DNA from: Carcharhinus longimanus
Taxonomy: Eukaryota
Length of the DNA stretch: 64,000 bases
Direction of reading: 5' to 3'
Assembly: GCA_030264375.1 (NCBI GenBank)
Contig: JASCQW010000072.1
Span: 87,109,165 to 87,173,164, forward strand
Shown one piece after another: positions 1-12,560 of the stretch (position 1 is its first letter; every line of letters begins with the position of its first letter). A program made the translations under genes and the position numbers. Below the pieces are notes generated by a model. It worked only from the letters and a program-made list of their open reading frames with translations, was not told the origin of the DNA and did not search any database.

Positions 1-30
1 CTGACGGGAATTGGAAAAACTAAAGATTAC
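1..30 (-). other. CHKA: Probable splice acceptor of the next CHKA exon; the exon lies just outside the window
   Basis: Minus strand reads GTAATCTTTAGTTTTTCCAATTCCCGTCAG, a pyrimidine tract plus CAG ending at position 1. No recognisable downstream CHKA coding exon was found within 1-14040. Confidence 0.55.
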
Positions 31-1133
31 ACAAGAATTCTCTGTACTTTCACCCACAAGACATTCGAAGTAGTTGAGATTTACTCAAACATAAATGAAT
101 AGGTTTTTTTGTGGCATTCCACTCACTTATCACCTCTTGAGAAATTTATGGAATCAGATTATAAAATAAAACTATTATGATGGGTGCAAGATATTGAGAC
201 GCTTTACAGCAGATTCAATGTCAATTCATAGTCAGTATAAGCAATTGCAAACAGCAGTTACCTATGGAGCCCTTTTGACCTCAGTAGATACACAGATTCC
301 CATAGATGGGAAGGTTTTTAAATGAAGGCTCACTGGAAAAAAGTTGTACATTTTTTGCCAAACATTCAGCACGAATGAAATTTGGGCTTTATTTGGTTTT
401 CCAGGATTTACAAATAAAAGTTATCTTTAATGTAACCAGTCATCCATTATTATTTACATGCATAATGTTTTACCGTGTTTAGCTTTTCCCCAGGTGGCAC
501 ATTGCTTTTTACACAAAGAGATCTTTAATTCTTACATTCTTCCCTTTTCCTTATAACAGGTCACTTTTCTCTCACTTGCTGTCACCCTCCATTATACTGA
601 CTGAGGCCAGCAAGCACCCTGCTCCCAGGGTTCTACCAATGCCACACATGGGTCAGCTAAAGGAGCCACAAGAGTAACCCAGGCCAACTTACTCTACATT
701 TTATTTCCCCTTAAAAAGGGAATTCTATGCTTTCACTTGGCAGTTCTCCTCCCTTGAGGCTGAGAACTCACGATGGGAGGAATCACAGGTTAGGGTCTGG
801 TATCTGACCACTCTTTAATTAGTCAATGCATTCTTCTGCATGGCCGTTTGATTTTAGAAGTTTCAAAGCAGGAAGGCATTTTTTTTGTGCTAAACCGAAC
901 TGCACTGTCTGCAATCAAGCATATTCCAAAACCATTATGTAAACCAGTTATACAAAAGCCTAAATTGAAATTACTTCCAAAATAAAAAAAATTACACTTG
1001 AGCAAAATATTTTTACAGTGAACTTAAAGGTCCAATTTAAATAGAGACAAAAATATAGTAGGATTTGTTTACAACTGTAGAAGATGCTGCAACGTCAGAG
1101 ATCAGATACTGTACCGTGAATCGTGTCTGTCAC

Positions 1134-1186
1134 CTGGAAACCAGAGTGCTCAAGGCACGATCGCAAAGGCACGATCGCATGGGAGC
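1134..1186 (-). other. Candidate 53-nt cassette (poison) exon in CHKA intron 2
   Basis: Acceptor GTTCTCTGCTGCAG and weak donor CAG|GTGACA. Alternative donor ACG|GTACAG at 1115/1114. Embedded in a CpG-rich non-repeat block. Confidence 0.4.
1152..1179. repeat. Perfect 14-bp tandem duplication (AAGGCACGATCGCA x2)
   Basis: Read directly at 1152-1165 and 1166-1179. Confidence 0.95.
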
Positions 1187-4100
1187 CTGCAGCAGAGAAC
1201 ATATGCAAGTACAGCCAAGGTGGTATAGAACCCCCACAACATACGCAACTCCACACATCAGACATTACGGCAAAGACGTCACAGATTGAGATCCGGTTTC
1301 TTTCAAAGATAATTTTAAATGATATCATTTTACAAGATTTCTTAAAAATTATCAATAAACCAACCAGTCTAATTTGCCTAGTCAGATTTCAATTCTTGAG
1401 GGATGGCCTATCACATTAGATGGGATTAATTTGGTCATACTTGCAAGTCCAAATGGCTTTTTGTTGACAGATTAACCAAACCCAAGTTGGTTTAAAAATA
1501 CAGTACTAACAGCTGAGCTGGGTATAATTCTGGACATCATGAAGTTTATTTGAAAAACATCAAATTTATAACAACATTTACAATATTATGCAAATAATTG
1601 CTGCCTTGTTGTAGTACCATTCTTGTTTATATTTTTTGCGAAGCAGATTTAATTTAATTTTTCCAAGTACTTTTTCTAACTTGAAAAACAGAATTCTACT
1701 AGATACTGCAGTTGATTTGAATAGTGGAACACATGGTACAAAGCTAAAAGAGATGTGGCAACAGCAAAAGATTTACTGAATCAACAAAGCTTCTCCATTG
1801 TGCTTCAGTCTTTTAGCTCATTATCCAAACAGTAATTTACACATCTTCCATTTTTCTATCTAAAGGTTTTGTTCAGCAACAAAGTTACATATTTGGACAC
1901 GGAACCTCTCAAGCCACTACAACTTGGGCATTGACCAGGTGACATTATATGATGGCAAACTAAAGATGAAACAAATTTATGATTTTATTATGTTCCATAA
2001 GTTTGTAGTAGTTAAAGATCTATAACGAATTGAATTTGGCAAGCTATTTTAACTGCTGGCCATCAACAGTAGGCTGGATTTACTTACCAGTGCCTTTAAA
2101 GTTGTAACTATACTTCATATTTTAGTTCACTTGGCCAATTAAATGCATTCTAGAAATTTATTATTCCTGAACCCACAAATATAATTAGGTTTCAAACCTG
2201 TGCTTGAATTTGAAACATTTGTTATCACAATCAACCTAAATCCTTTGCACGGATTATGCAACTCAGAAGTAAAAGTTGATCACGTGATTTCAGATCATAT
2301 GACCATCACATGCTTTTAGTCTTGGCTTGCCAAATTTTAACCCTTTGGCTTGCCCAATTTTCTCAAACATATTTCTACAGGCACCAGGCTCCCTGAGATA
2401 CATCTTTGCCCAAATGGCCATTCTCTCGTGTGTGAAATTTAGCCATGAGTGTCAGCTGGCTATTAAGTGCATTGCAACTTAACAGTTGAGATGGCTCAGT
2501 CATCACCGGATGTTGAAATTCAATTTCCAACTAAAAGCTGTGGTCAGGAACAGGAACCATTGAGGTCTAGTCCCCAACCTGAAATCAGCTAACAATGTAT
2601 AGATTTAAGATTAAATGTTATTTTCTGCTTTGCATAGCTTGCTTTTCACTGGATAAACTTGCTTAGCCTTTAGGTCTCACTTGTTTTATCAAATGTAATA
2701 TTATTTACTTGTACAGAATTATACAGTTAAAATAAAATTGCCAGTTGAGATCTACTGGAAACAAATTTATCTCATGACCTCAGGAATGACATAACTCACT
2801 CACCCTTTGGGAATGTTGATTAAGTCTCAGCACAGCTCTTCCCCAATCAGAAATCCTCTGCAAGTGCTCAACAAAAAAATGACTTTTTCATCCTAAACAA
2901 AGACTGTAAGCACTGACAGCCTGCACAAAAATTCTACAACTATCCCCATTTTAGATTCCAGCAATTAAATAAAAAGGTAAAATTGATCATGACCACTGTG
3001 TTTGCTACATACCAGCACTAGGATTATATTTTTAAAAAGTATTACATTGCCTGACAAATTAAAATCTTATAAAGGGAGTTAGCTACACACTTCTCCATGT
3101 CTCTCAACAACATAAAATTGTTACCAAATTTTATGTTTCAAGGTAACTTGGAAGAAGACAATCTGTGCAGAAATATTTTATTCCTCATACAAAATTATAA
3201 AATACTCCTTCAGTGAAATCAGAAACTTTGACCTCAATCCACTGTACAGCAGGAGGGGTAGTTCTATACAAACTATTTGCTTCCAAGTTTAAAGCATTAA
3301 ACAGAGGAACAAGAAGTTGTGGAGAGACACTGACAAGTTGTACAAATATATGCAACATTTGTGATTATGGGGCAACTCAGTAGGATGTATTTACTATTTA
3401 TTTATTTTGAGCCATAACATCAACTCAACCAGGCACAGCATACAATAGAACTGCTGTTCATCTTTCATACTGGGAGGTCATATATTTCAATACCAACTTG
3501 TACTGTAGCATATACACAAAGTAAAAACCAAGATATATGCCTATGATTTTTCACTAATCCATTGTTTTGTTTTGGTTATTAATCTTGCTATAATATTCAT
3601 TCAATTATGATTATCACTTTTTTCAACATTTATGTTACTGGCGGTATTGGAACTTTAAGTATTATTCAAATCATGTACACAGCAAATTAAATATTTTTGT
3701 TCAAACATGGTGGTTAGAAAATAAATAAGCAGCCAGAATTGAAATTCTACACAGTCAACTATGTTCCTTTGACAATAAAAACAGCTCTATTTGCTCTAGT
3801 TCAGTTTTGAAGATTAACTTCCCATTATAAACACGCAATATGTATAAGATATTCAATTTAAATAATAAAACTGAAATCTTGTATTGAAAGTTTAATGGCA
3901 TGTGCAAGTTCAGGTGCATTTGAGTCATGCAGTCAAGGATGATTCCAGGTTTAATCTCACTCTCTGTCAAGTGAGTTAACTTAATCCTGAAATGACAACA
4001 GCGGCACATGGGAATGGGGTCATAATTGAAAGAGGCAAAAAAATTCAACCAAGGAATCTGATCTTAATCACTACCCAAAAATCATTTTGGAAAACGTGCA

Positions 4101-4689
4101 GTTGGCCGATGGTTACGGCAAAAATCAAACCCAGGACAAATAACCTGGAACATCAATGGTTTAAAGGCATACCTGAATGAGGGCTGCCAGCGCCCCACTG
4201 AACCCACCTGTATGAATCATATTCAGGAGGTGGGTATGGAGCTGGTGAAAAAGAAGCACCTGTAACTTTGAAACCTCAATATTTAGTGATCTCAATGTTT
4301 TCAAAACACAAGTTACAGAAAGAAAAAAAACTTTAAATATTTCCAATAGCACTGTTCTTTCCTAATCAAAAAAAAAATCAATCTTACATTTGACTGTAAA
4401 ACAAATTTTAGATGAAGTCTAAAGAATATTTTAAGACTTCAATAATAGATTATTTTATTGGCTTCAAGGGATAAAGGAAGAATACGATTATTGGGTTTGT
4501 AGAGGTGATCAGGTGACACTAATTTGACACCAGTGAACTCTGCTCTTCATTTATAATGCAAGACAGAAGAAAATCTACTCATGACAAAATAAATAGCATC
4601 TTGAATGTTGAGATTAGAATAGTAGGGGTATGGGTTTCATTCAGGGAGAGAGAAGTGAAGTTGTAAATGGAAGGCAGAAACTTAGGAAG

Positions 4690-5200
4690 CAAATATTCAA
4701 GGTCTAGGAAAATGCAAGAAAATAAATAATTATTCAAAGCAAGGTGTCTGGTAAATAAGGCAGATAAGTGGGCACTAACACCATGTGAGTATAGCTAATA
4801 CTGAAACATGGTTTAAAGGGCAGTGATGACAGCTTAAGATTTCTGGTTACAGAAATATGAGAAGGGGGTAAAATAGGAGGGCAGATCAATAATTTAGACT
4901 CAAGTGTAGGCGAAAATGGTTAAGAAGTTTGCAGATGATGCAAAAATTGGCTGTGTGGTTGACAGCGAAGAATAAAGCTATAGACCGCAGGACATTAACA
5001 ATGAACTGGTCAGGCGGACAGAAAAGTGACAAATGGAACACAATCTGAACGAATGCACTTGGTCAGGGTAAGCAAGGCAAGGGAATAAACAATAACTCAA
5101 AACATACTGAAGTAAAGGAACAGAGAGATCTTGGAGTACAAGTCTACAAGTTTCTAAAGGTAGCAGGACAAGTAAATAAAGGTGGTTAAGACATATGGCA
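4690..5200 (+). mobile_element. Degenerate CR1 LINE ORF2 fragments
   Basis: KFADDAKIG RT motif (AAGTTTGCAGATGATGCAAAAATTGG near 4925) and following WQM/MHLG-like segments. Confidence 0.75.
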
Positions 5201-5339
5201 CACCTTCCTTTAGCCATCACTTGTTTTCCACTTTTCAAAAACTTTTTCATTCTATCTCATCTTTCCAATATCCAATACAAGATCAATAGAAATTTCTTCA
5301 AGTAAATATTGGGAAGGCTGAAGCCATTATTTGGTGGTC

Positions 5340-6060
5340 GCTATTTAAAATTACATTCCCTAACTACTGACTCCATTCCACTCCTTGGCAACAGTCAAGA
5401 CTTAATCTGTTTACAGACTGTGTGTTAGTGATCCAGAGATGAGCTTCCAACTACACTGTCATCAATAATACTGCCTATTTTAACCTCCATTTCTTCACCC
5501 ATCTCAATACATCTGCTACTGAAACCCTTATTCATATCTTTATTACCTCTAGGCTTCACTACCCAAGGCAGTTTTGACTGGCCTCTCACATTATAGCTTC
5601 AATAAACTTGAAGCCACCCAAAATGCTACTGCCCTAACTCACACCAAATCCCATTCACCTATCACCCCTGAGCTCACTAACCTACTCTAGCCAGTGGCCA
5701 AGCAACAACTTCATTTTAAAATTCAATGTTTTCAAATTTCTTTATAGTCCCACCCTTCCTATCTCTAGAATCTCCCCCAGCCACACACTCAGTTACCTAC
5801 ACTCCTCTAATTTTGGCCTTTTGGGAATCCCAAATTTTAATTGCTCTGCCATTGGTGGTTGCACCTTCAATTGCCTATTAAGCTCTGCAATACCTCCCCA
5901 AGGCCTATCTACCTCGCCTTCCTTCTATGACCCTAGCTCCTTGACTAAGCTTTTAGTCATCAACCTACTCTCAGTTTATGGGGCTTAGTATTATATTTTG
6001 TTCTCTAACGTTTCTGCAAAGAACCCTGAGATGCTTGATTATGTTAAAAATGTGTTGTCA
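5340..6060 (+). mobile_element. L2-clade LINE 3' fragment
   Basis: Decayed ETLIH.FITSRL.Y...KLE..QNA motif typical of the L2 ORF2 C-terminus. Confidence 0.7.
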
Positions 6061-6069
6061 TTGTAATTT

Positions 6070-6580
6070 ATCAAGATATATAACAGCAAGAAAATTCTGC
6101 TAGAATCGTCTAAAACACTAGTTGAACCATAAATAGACTACCGAGTACAGTTCTGGTCACCAAATTACAGCAAGGATCTGATTGCACTAGAGAGGATACA
6201 GAGGAGATTCAAGAGGATATTGCAGGAATGAGGAGTTTAGGTATGAAAAAGACTGTATAGGCTGCACTTGTTTCTTTTGATACAGAGGGTACTGAAGAGA
6301 GATTAAATTGGGGATATAAGTTCTCAAGGCCTTGTTAGAGTGATCACAACCAGGCTGAAATAAATTTAAATTTAAAATAACGGGCAGAAGGATCAGAGGA
6401 GAACTGGTTTCATTCAGAGGTTGGTGAAGATCTGAAATTCATTGTTTTAAAAAAAAATTTCCTGTGAATGCATTTCAAGGGCTGTAACCTATCAAGAGCT
6501 GGAAAGTGGGATTGGATGGATGGCTCTTTTTGGCCAGCAGTCGCTATGAGCTGAATGGCCACCTTCTATATCGATATTTC
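6070..6580 (+). mobile_element. CR1 LINE 3' fragment
   Basis: VQFWSP.Y.KD.IALERIQRRF motif and a CTGAATGGCC-type 3' end. Confidence 0.8.
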
Positions 6581-7205
6581 CGTTTAATTTGAACCTTCCA
6601 AACCCAATTTAAATAAATTACAGTACATTATGCANNNNNNNNNNNNNNNNNNNNNNNAACACTGTAAGCATGTATTATATCTAATTTACCATTTACATTT
6701 GGAAAAGAATGAAGTAATCTCCGTACCTTTTGTTAAAACATTAAAAGATCATCTTTCTCTACCTTCTCATACCAATCAACACCATTGAATAAGTAGAAAG
6801 GACTGGTAGGCACTTCGCTCCTATGCCTCCTCTATACTCAGATTGAGTGCGTAGTAATGGATGTTGAGGTCAGGAGTGGAAGGCAAATATTTGGTCACAG
6901 ACCCTTAAATTTTCCTTTCCTCTGGACAACCATTTTGTTTCCAATTTACACCTTCCTAAACACAGCAACTATGATCAGATATTTACTGAAAAGGAAATAA
7001 GAAGAAAGTACAATATCTTTTTTTTAAAAAAGCTGTTTCATACAGCAATCAATATGTTTTCAATTTTGCGTTATACAAATCAAACGAATTGTGCAGTCTG
7101 AACTGCAAGCATGTATATGCCATGCCAGTTTTGGCACATGAAGTTCTGACACTATCCGGAATTTCTGTAAAAAGATAAAAAAAAGATATATTGTAGAATA
7201 CTTAC

Positions 7206-7214
7206 TGCATCATT
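7206..7214 (-). other. Candidate 9-nt in-frame microexon (Asn-Asp-Ala) in CHKA intron 2
   Basis: TTCTGGTTGCATTCTCTGCAG|AATGATGCA|GTAAGT. Phase 0-0, which fits the phase-0 intron 2. Confidence 0.4.
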
Positions 7215-10200
7215 CTGCAGAGAATGCAACCAGAAGTATCAACATAAACAGAATCTATAGCTGTACTTAGTTTGTGCAAACTGACATTTTATTTTACTGT
7301 CAATATTTCATTTGATTACAAACATTATCAAATCTGAAGATGTTAACAAACTGAAAAGCTGAAAGTTTGTCGAGAAGTTTAACATTGTCTTTACTCAAAT
7401 ATTTAAACTGTAAATTAACCAACCTTGATTCATTCCAATGATACAGCTTTGGAACAAGGTTGGTTTGTAACTTAATATCATTGCCATCAATTCTGTATTT
7501 AATTTCTATGGAATTCCTAGCACAGTTGTCAGTTAACAAAGAAAACCTTCCACATATGACTAAGACAAAATTATTTCCATAGCCCTACCCATAGATTGTC
7601 AGCTAATTGCACAGGAACAACTTTATGTTGTTATCTGGACTTGTTAGGGCAGATTGTGACAATTTTTTATTGCAAAATTGAAACTGATCATTACATCTGT
7701 GCCTACTAAAAATATTTGTTTCAGATTTGGGCATGGGGGGTAGGTTGCACATCAGTTCATTTCCGCTTCCTTATTAGTACTGTGATGCACAGCAATATAA
7801 TCTACTTATAATAAAGCATCACATTATGGCAATTTCATTTGGTCATATGATTCTCTCCCACTCTGCCTCCTCCCCCGCCCCTAGTAGCATGTATCTGTTT
7901 TTGTTGGCAAGGTCCAATCTAAATGGCAAGCAGGAGCTCTGTGCATCAGTTTTGAGTTATGTTACAATAAAATGTTTGGTTTTTATTCAGCTATTCTTTG
8001 TGGATATGAAGAAGCTGAACAAGTTAAGTTTTCCAATGAACATGCTTGTTATTACGAATACAAAATTCATATACATTGCTTAGAATGTATATGAAGGAAG
8101 TTAACAGCATGATTTCTATGAAGATACAGAATGAATAAGTAATTAGCAGTGGACACATTTTGACTCACACATTTTAAAATGTTATAACTATATTAAAAGA
8201 CATTCAGTTGGAAATATTTAAACTTTTGAGTGCATTCTGCAATACAGGAACACAGATTTTCAATGTGGACAATGTGTGAATTATGCAGATCTTTAGCCAG
8301 ACAGAATGAAGTGAAACAATTAAGTAAGTACATACCACAGGTATTTCTTCCAAGCTAATTATTAAACCCCATGCATTTTTTAGATGGAATTGTAAGAAGT
8401 GTATTAAGATACACTTTTAAATTGTAAATTACAAATAAGAACATCCAAGTTACTTGAAATTTAGTTTCAAGATCTATTTAATCTTAATGAATTAAATAAG
8501 GTACTGGCTAGAATCACAGAGCATGGAAACTTGGTAGCCCATGTGAAATCATTATAAACAGGTGTTAAGTTATAATCACCCATCAATTTTCAGTTATTTC
8601 AAACTATCACAGGAAATAAGAATCATCAGCAAATATTTTGCTTTATTCTATATAATACTTTAACTGGAAAACAAAGCTTGTTCAATTTATTGTGCTTGAT
8701 GTACTTGGGCAAAAATAGATAGAAAAACAGGACTCTGCGATCAGTTACTTAAAAAGCTGAGAAATTAATTACCTGTTTGACATTTTGCTGTACACAATTT
8801 TTCAAAGTATTGCAGTCATGTACAAATAAAAAAAATTGGTACATGACAGTGAAAAAAATTACACAGAATCAAAACCTGTAGTTTTAATTGTAATTAGTAA
8901 GTTAGGCTCCAATTTGAATCCAAGCAGTCCAAACTTCCACATATTTATACTAATAACCTGTGTTCAGTTCTAGCACTCAGCATCACCTCAGGAAGAAGCT
9001 GGGTGCCGTAGATGCACCAGAATGATGTTAGTTAAAAGGGTTGAACTATGAAGGCAGGTTGTGTAAGGTAGGTCTGTATTCATTTAATTACAACAGGTTA
9101 AGGGATCAATTGAAATATTTAAGGCAATTAAGTGATTAGCCTTTTAGATATTTCCTTTGGTGGGGGAGTCCAGAACAAGAGGGTACAAGTGCAAAACTAG
9201 AGCTGGCCATTCAGGGGGGACTTGTATTATCACTGCTATATAAACATTCAGCACTTTTGCTTATCGATAAACAGAAGCCATAGTAAATTTACACANNNNN
9301 NNNNNNNNNNNNNNNNNNNNNNNNNNNNNNNNNNNNNNNNNNNNNNNNNNNNNNNNNNNNNNNNNNNNNNNNNNNNNNNNNNNNNNNNNNNNNNNTTTAC
9401 ACACTCACACAAACATACATTTACTGGCTTACTAATAATTCAGGGAGCAGTATCAAAATTCTTCATGAACTGTGGGGAAAATCATCAGCAGGTTAATTAT
9501 TTTGATCATCCTTTAGTGGGGTTGGAGAGGATCATAGTTTTGAACCTCATGTGGATAAAACGTGGATTTAACATTTCTTAATGTCACTAAACATTAATTG
9601 GAAATATTTCATTTCAAGTCTACATCATCACATTAAAATAATCGAATACAAAAATACACTTTCCACTTACGCAAGAGAATAGACTGTCAAATGTTTGAAA
9701 GAAAACTGTACTTGTGGTTCTACACAATGATATAATGATTAAATTTTTTAATTATTTAAGGAAGTGTTGTGATTACTAAATCTCAGTCTGCATTTTCTGT
9801 TTAATAGTTTGAATACAGAATTCTCACCTTCATTCTACTGAAATAAATGTTGTGCAGCCATAAATGTTTTTAAATTTGCCTTTCCTAAGTGTATATCCAT
9901 CAGCATGTTCCCAGTCCCACTGCTTTATTTGAAGGTTGAAACTAAACTGCTTTTCTTCCACTCTTCCCAATCCCTAATGTTAACTCTTTTGCATTATTCT
10001 GGTAACTTTATTTTTTAATAATATTTATTACTCTATCATTTAAATAAGCCACACTATTTTACATAGTGGATTTGTTAGTCTGATACTTTATTAAAATTAA
10101 GTTTTATAATCTTGATCTTATCTTTTTTGAAACACTTCATTTGATGAGTGATATTGCAATTATGCGTGAAATTGTTGTTCCTGTTTTCTTCTGCTACAAA

Positions 10201-11289
10201 ATGGATGACAAGCGTTGGTGATTTTATCTTCTGACTGGATGACAATTTTTTGATAATGTGTACATGCCCATTCAATATTTTGAAGAATTTATTCACTGTT
10301 TCTCCACTCCTTTGAAACAGTTAATTTCATCTTTTCTGACTATGTGAATCATAAATTATCAACACATGTAGCCATCAAGGCAAAAACCATTACTGAAAAT
10401 CATCCACAACAAGAAAAAGCACATATAATTGAATCTATATATGAACGTACGCTTTCAAAGGTAATGTTAATTTGGTACTGTGAAGCAAAGCAGCTAATTT
10501 TTCAAGAATTACTTTCTACGTTCATGAAAAAATGTAAGTTTAGTGTGCCAGAAATAAAGACCTATTTGCAATATGGGGAAATTTGGGACTTTCTCCCCCA
10601 AGTACCTGCAGATGCCAAATTAATTGCAATTTTCATGACTAGGTGACAAGAGTTTTGTTAGGCTAAAGGTATTAAGGAATATGGGAGCAAGATGGTGAAT
10701 GGACAGATCAGCTCTGATCTAACTGAATACCAGAATATGTTGGCAGTTTGAATGACCTGCTTTAGTGTCTATTATGAACTGAGTTACTACCAAAATAATT
10801 GCAATATACATGTACAATGAGGTCTGGAGTAATCAGATTATGGACTGTAAGATTTGTAAAATGCAACCTCTATTTTTGTGGATGATAAGTGGACAGTCTT
10901 TTGAAAGTAGCAGACAGTTATTTTTGCAGTCCACCAAAGTTAGATGCAATAGAAACAAAAATAAATTTGGACAGATTGCTCCTCTGATGATCAATCTTAC
11001 ATGATTAAGTTTATATTTTCACTTTGGAACAGAGACGCACGTGCTGAATGCAGATTTCAGAAAACCCCAAATTCTCATTTCTGTATTCCAAATATGGAAA
11101 CTCCCCTCCAGGGCATCATACGGTGAAAATTTACCAAGTAATATAGGTATCAGCTTTACTCAGCAACAGCACCTCATTATGTAATCAATGACTTGAGAAC
11201 AGTGCAGCAGATTTCCAACCTGCACTTCTGTCAAGTGAGCCGAGTGGAATGACACTGATTTTGTGCTTGCATCTCAGCATGAGTCAACA

Positions 11290-12560
11290 AATTGGAAGAA
11301 TAGTTAGTTGGCTGCAAGACAGGAACTAGAACAAAGGCAAGGGGTATCTATTCACAGTGGCAAAAGATGGAAAGTTTGTCATACAAGGATCAATGCTGAG
11401 ACCTCTTGTTTACTACTCATACTAAAAATTTAAACTCTGAAATAAAAGTACAAATTTGTGGACAACACTAAATGGGAGGGATGGTTAACACTGAGGTGGA
11501 ATGCAAAAATGACAAATAGGTGTGCAAAATGAACATATGACTATTAAATGAGTATCACCATTTTGGTTAGAAAACAAGGTAAGCACCTATTACTTTTAAG
11601 AGTCTAAATGGGCTCATGAAGCAAAGGGATCTATGGAGTACAAATATACAATTCACTGCAAATTCTGATTAAGGTCAATAAGTCCATAACAAATGCAAAC
11701 CAAACTCTAGGGTTATTTTAACAGGGATAGAATTAGAAAATAGAGAAGTTATGCTTTATTGAACTTTGCTCAGTATATCCTTGGGAGTATTGCATACAGC
11801 CTAGTCATATATTATGGAAAGGATATGAAAAGCAACTGGAGAAGATGTAACAAAAATTTTAAAGGGTGATTACAGAAATACATGAATATAGATATCCAGA
11901 AAGGATAAACAGACTGGATCTCTTATCTTGAGAGCAAAATGCTGAGGGGTGACCTAATAGAGATCTTTATGGCAATGAAAGCTTTTTGANNNNNNNNNNN
12001 NNNNNNNNNNNNNNNNNNNNNNNNNNNNNNNNNNNNNNNNNNNNNNNNNNNNNNNNNNNNNNNNNNNNNNNNNNNNNNNNNNNNNNNNNCAATGAAAGCT
12101 TTTTGACAGGATAAACACAGAGTAGGAGCAGGATTTACCCACCATTGTCTACGGCTTTTATGTGGCTTACCCATCCCGCCAGCAGAGAATCCGCTGTGTA
12201 TTGGGGGCGGAAGGAGGGGGTTGTCTTTGGCTGGACCATAAGATCCCATTCTACGTTTCTACTTATGGGGAAGAGCAAAACTAGAGGCCATCACGCTAAG
12301 TCACCAAGGTATCAAATAGGGGATTCAAATAACAAACCTTACCTTCCCTGAGGATTACTGAATGGTCTACCCCTGAAGGTACTGGAGGTGAATAATGAAA
12401 ATACATTTAGGGAGAGGGTAAGTTTGCATGAGGGAGAAGGTTATTCTAGTAGAGTTAAATGAGGGAAAGTGAGAGAGGTTTCATGTGCAGCATAAACACC
12501 TTCTTAGATTAGTTAGGCTGAATGGCTGCTTCTGTACTGTATATTCTAAATCAATCCGTG
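11290..12560 (+). mobile_element. Old CR1 LINE 3' part, interrupted by a gap and a short insertion
   Basis: QGS.L, FVD.TK and LRGDLIE motifs, and the 3' end GGCTGAATGGCTGCTTCTGTACTGTATATTCTA. Confidence 0.75.

Noticed and set aside
1088-1290. snoRNA or scaRNA interpretation of the intron 2 element
   Set aside because: CTGA motifs and a terminal ACA are present, but there is no convincing C box (RTGATGA) or H box with a two-hairpin layout. An Rfam scan would settle it.
2088-2149. 62-nt exon with donor CTG|GTAAGT
   Set aside because: The acceptor has a poor pyrimidine tract and there is no other support. Expected by chance.
11973-12106. 17-bp direct repeat CAATGAAAGCTTTTTGA flanking a 100-N gap
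   Set aside because: Most likely a contig overlap artefact at a scaffold gap.
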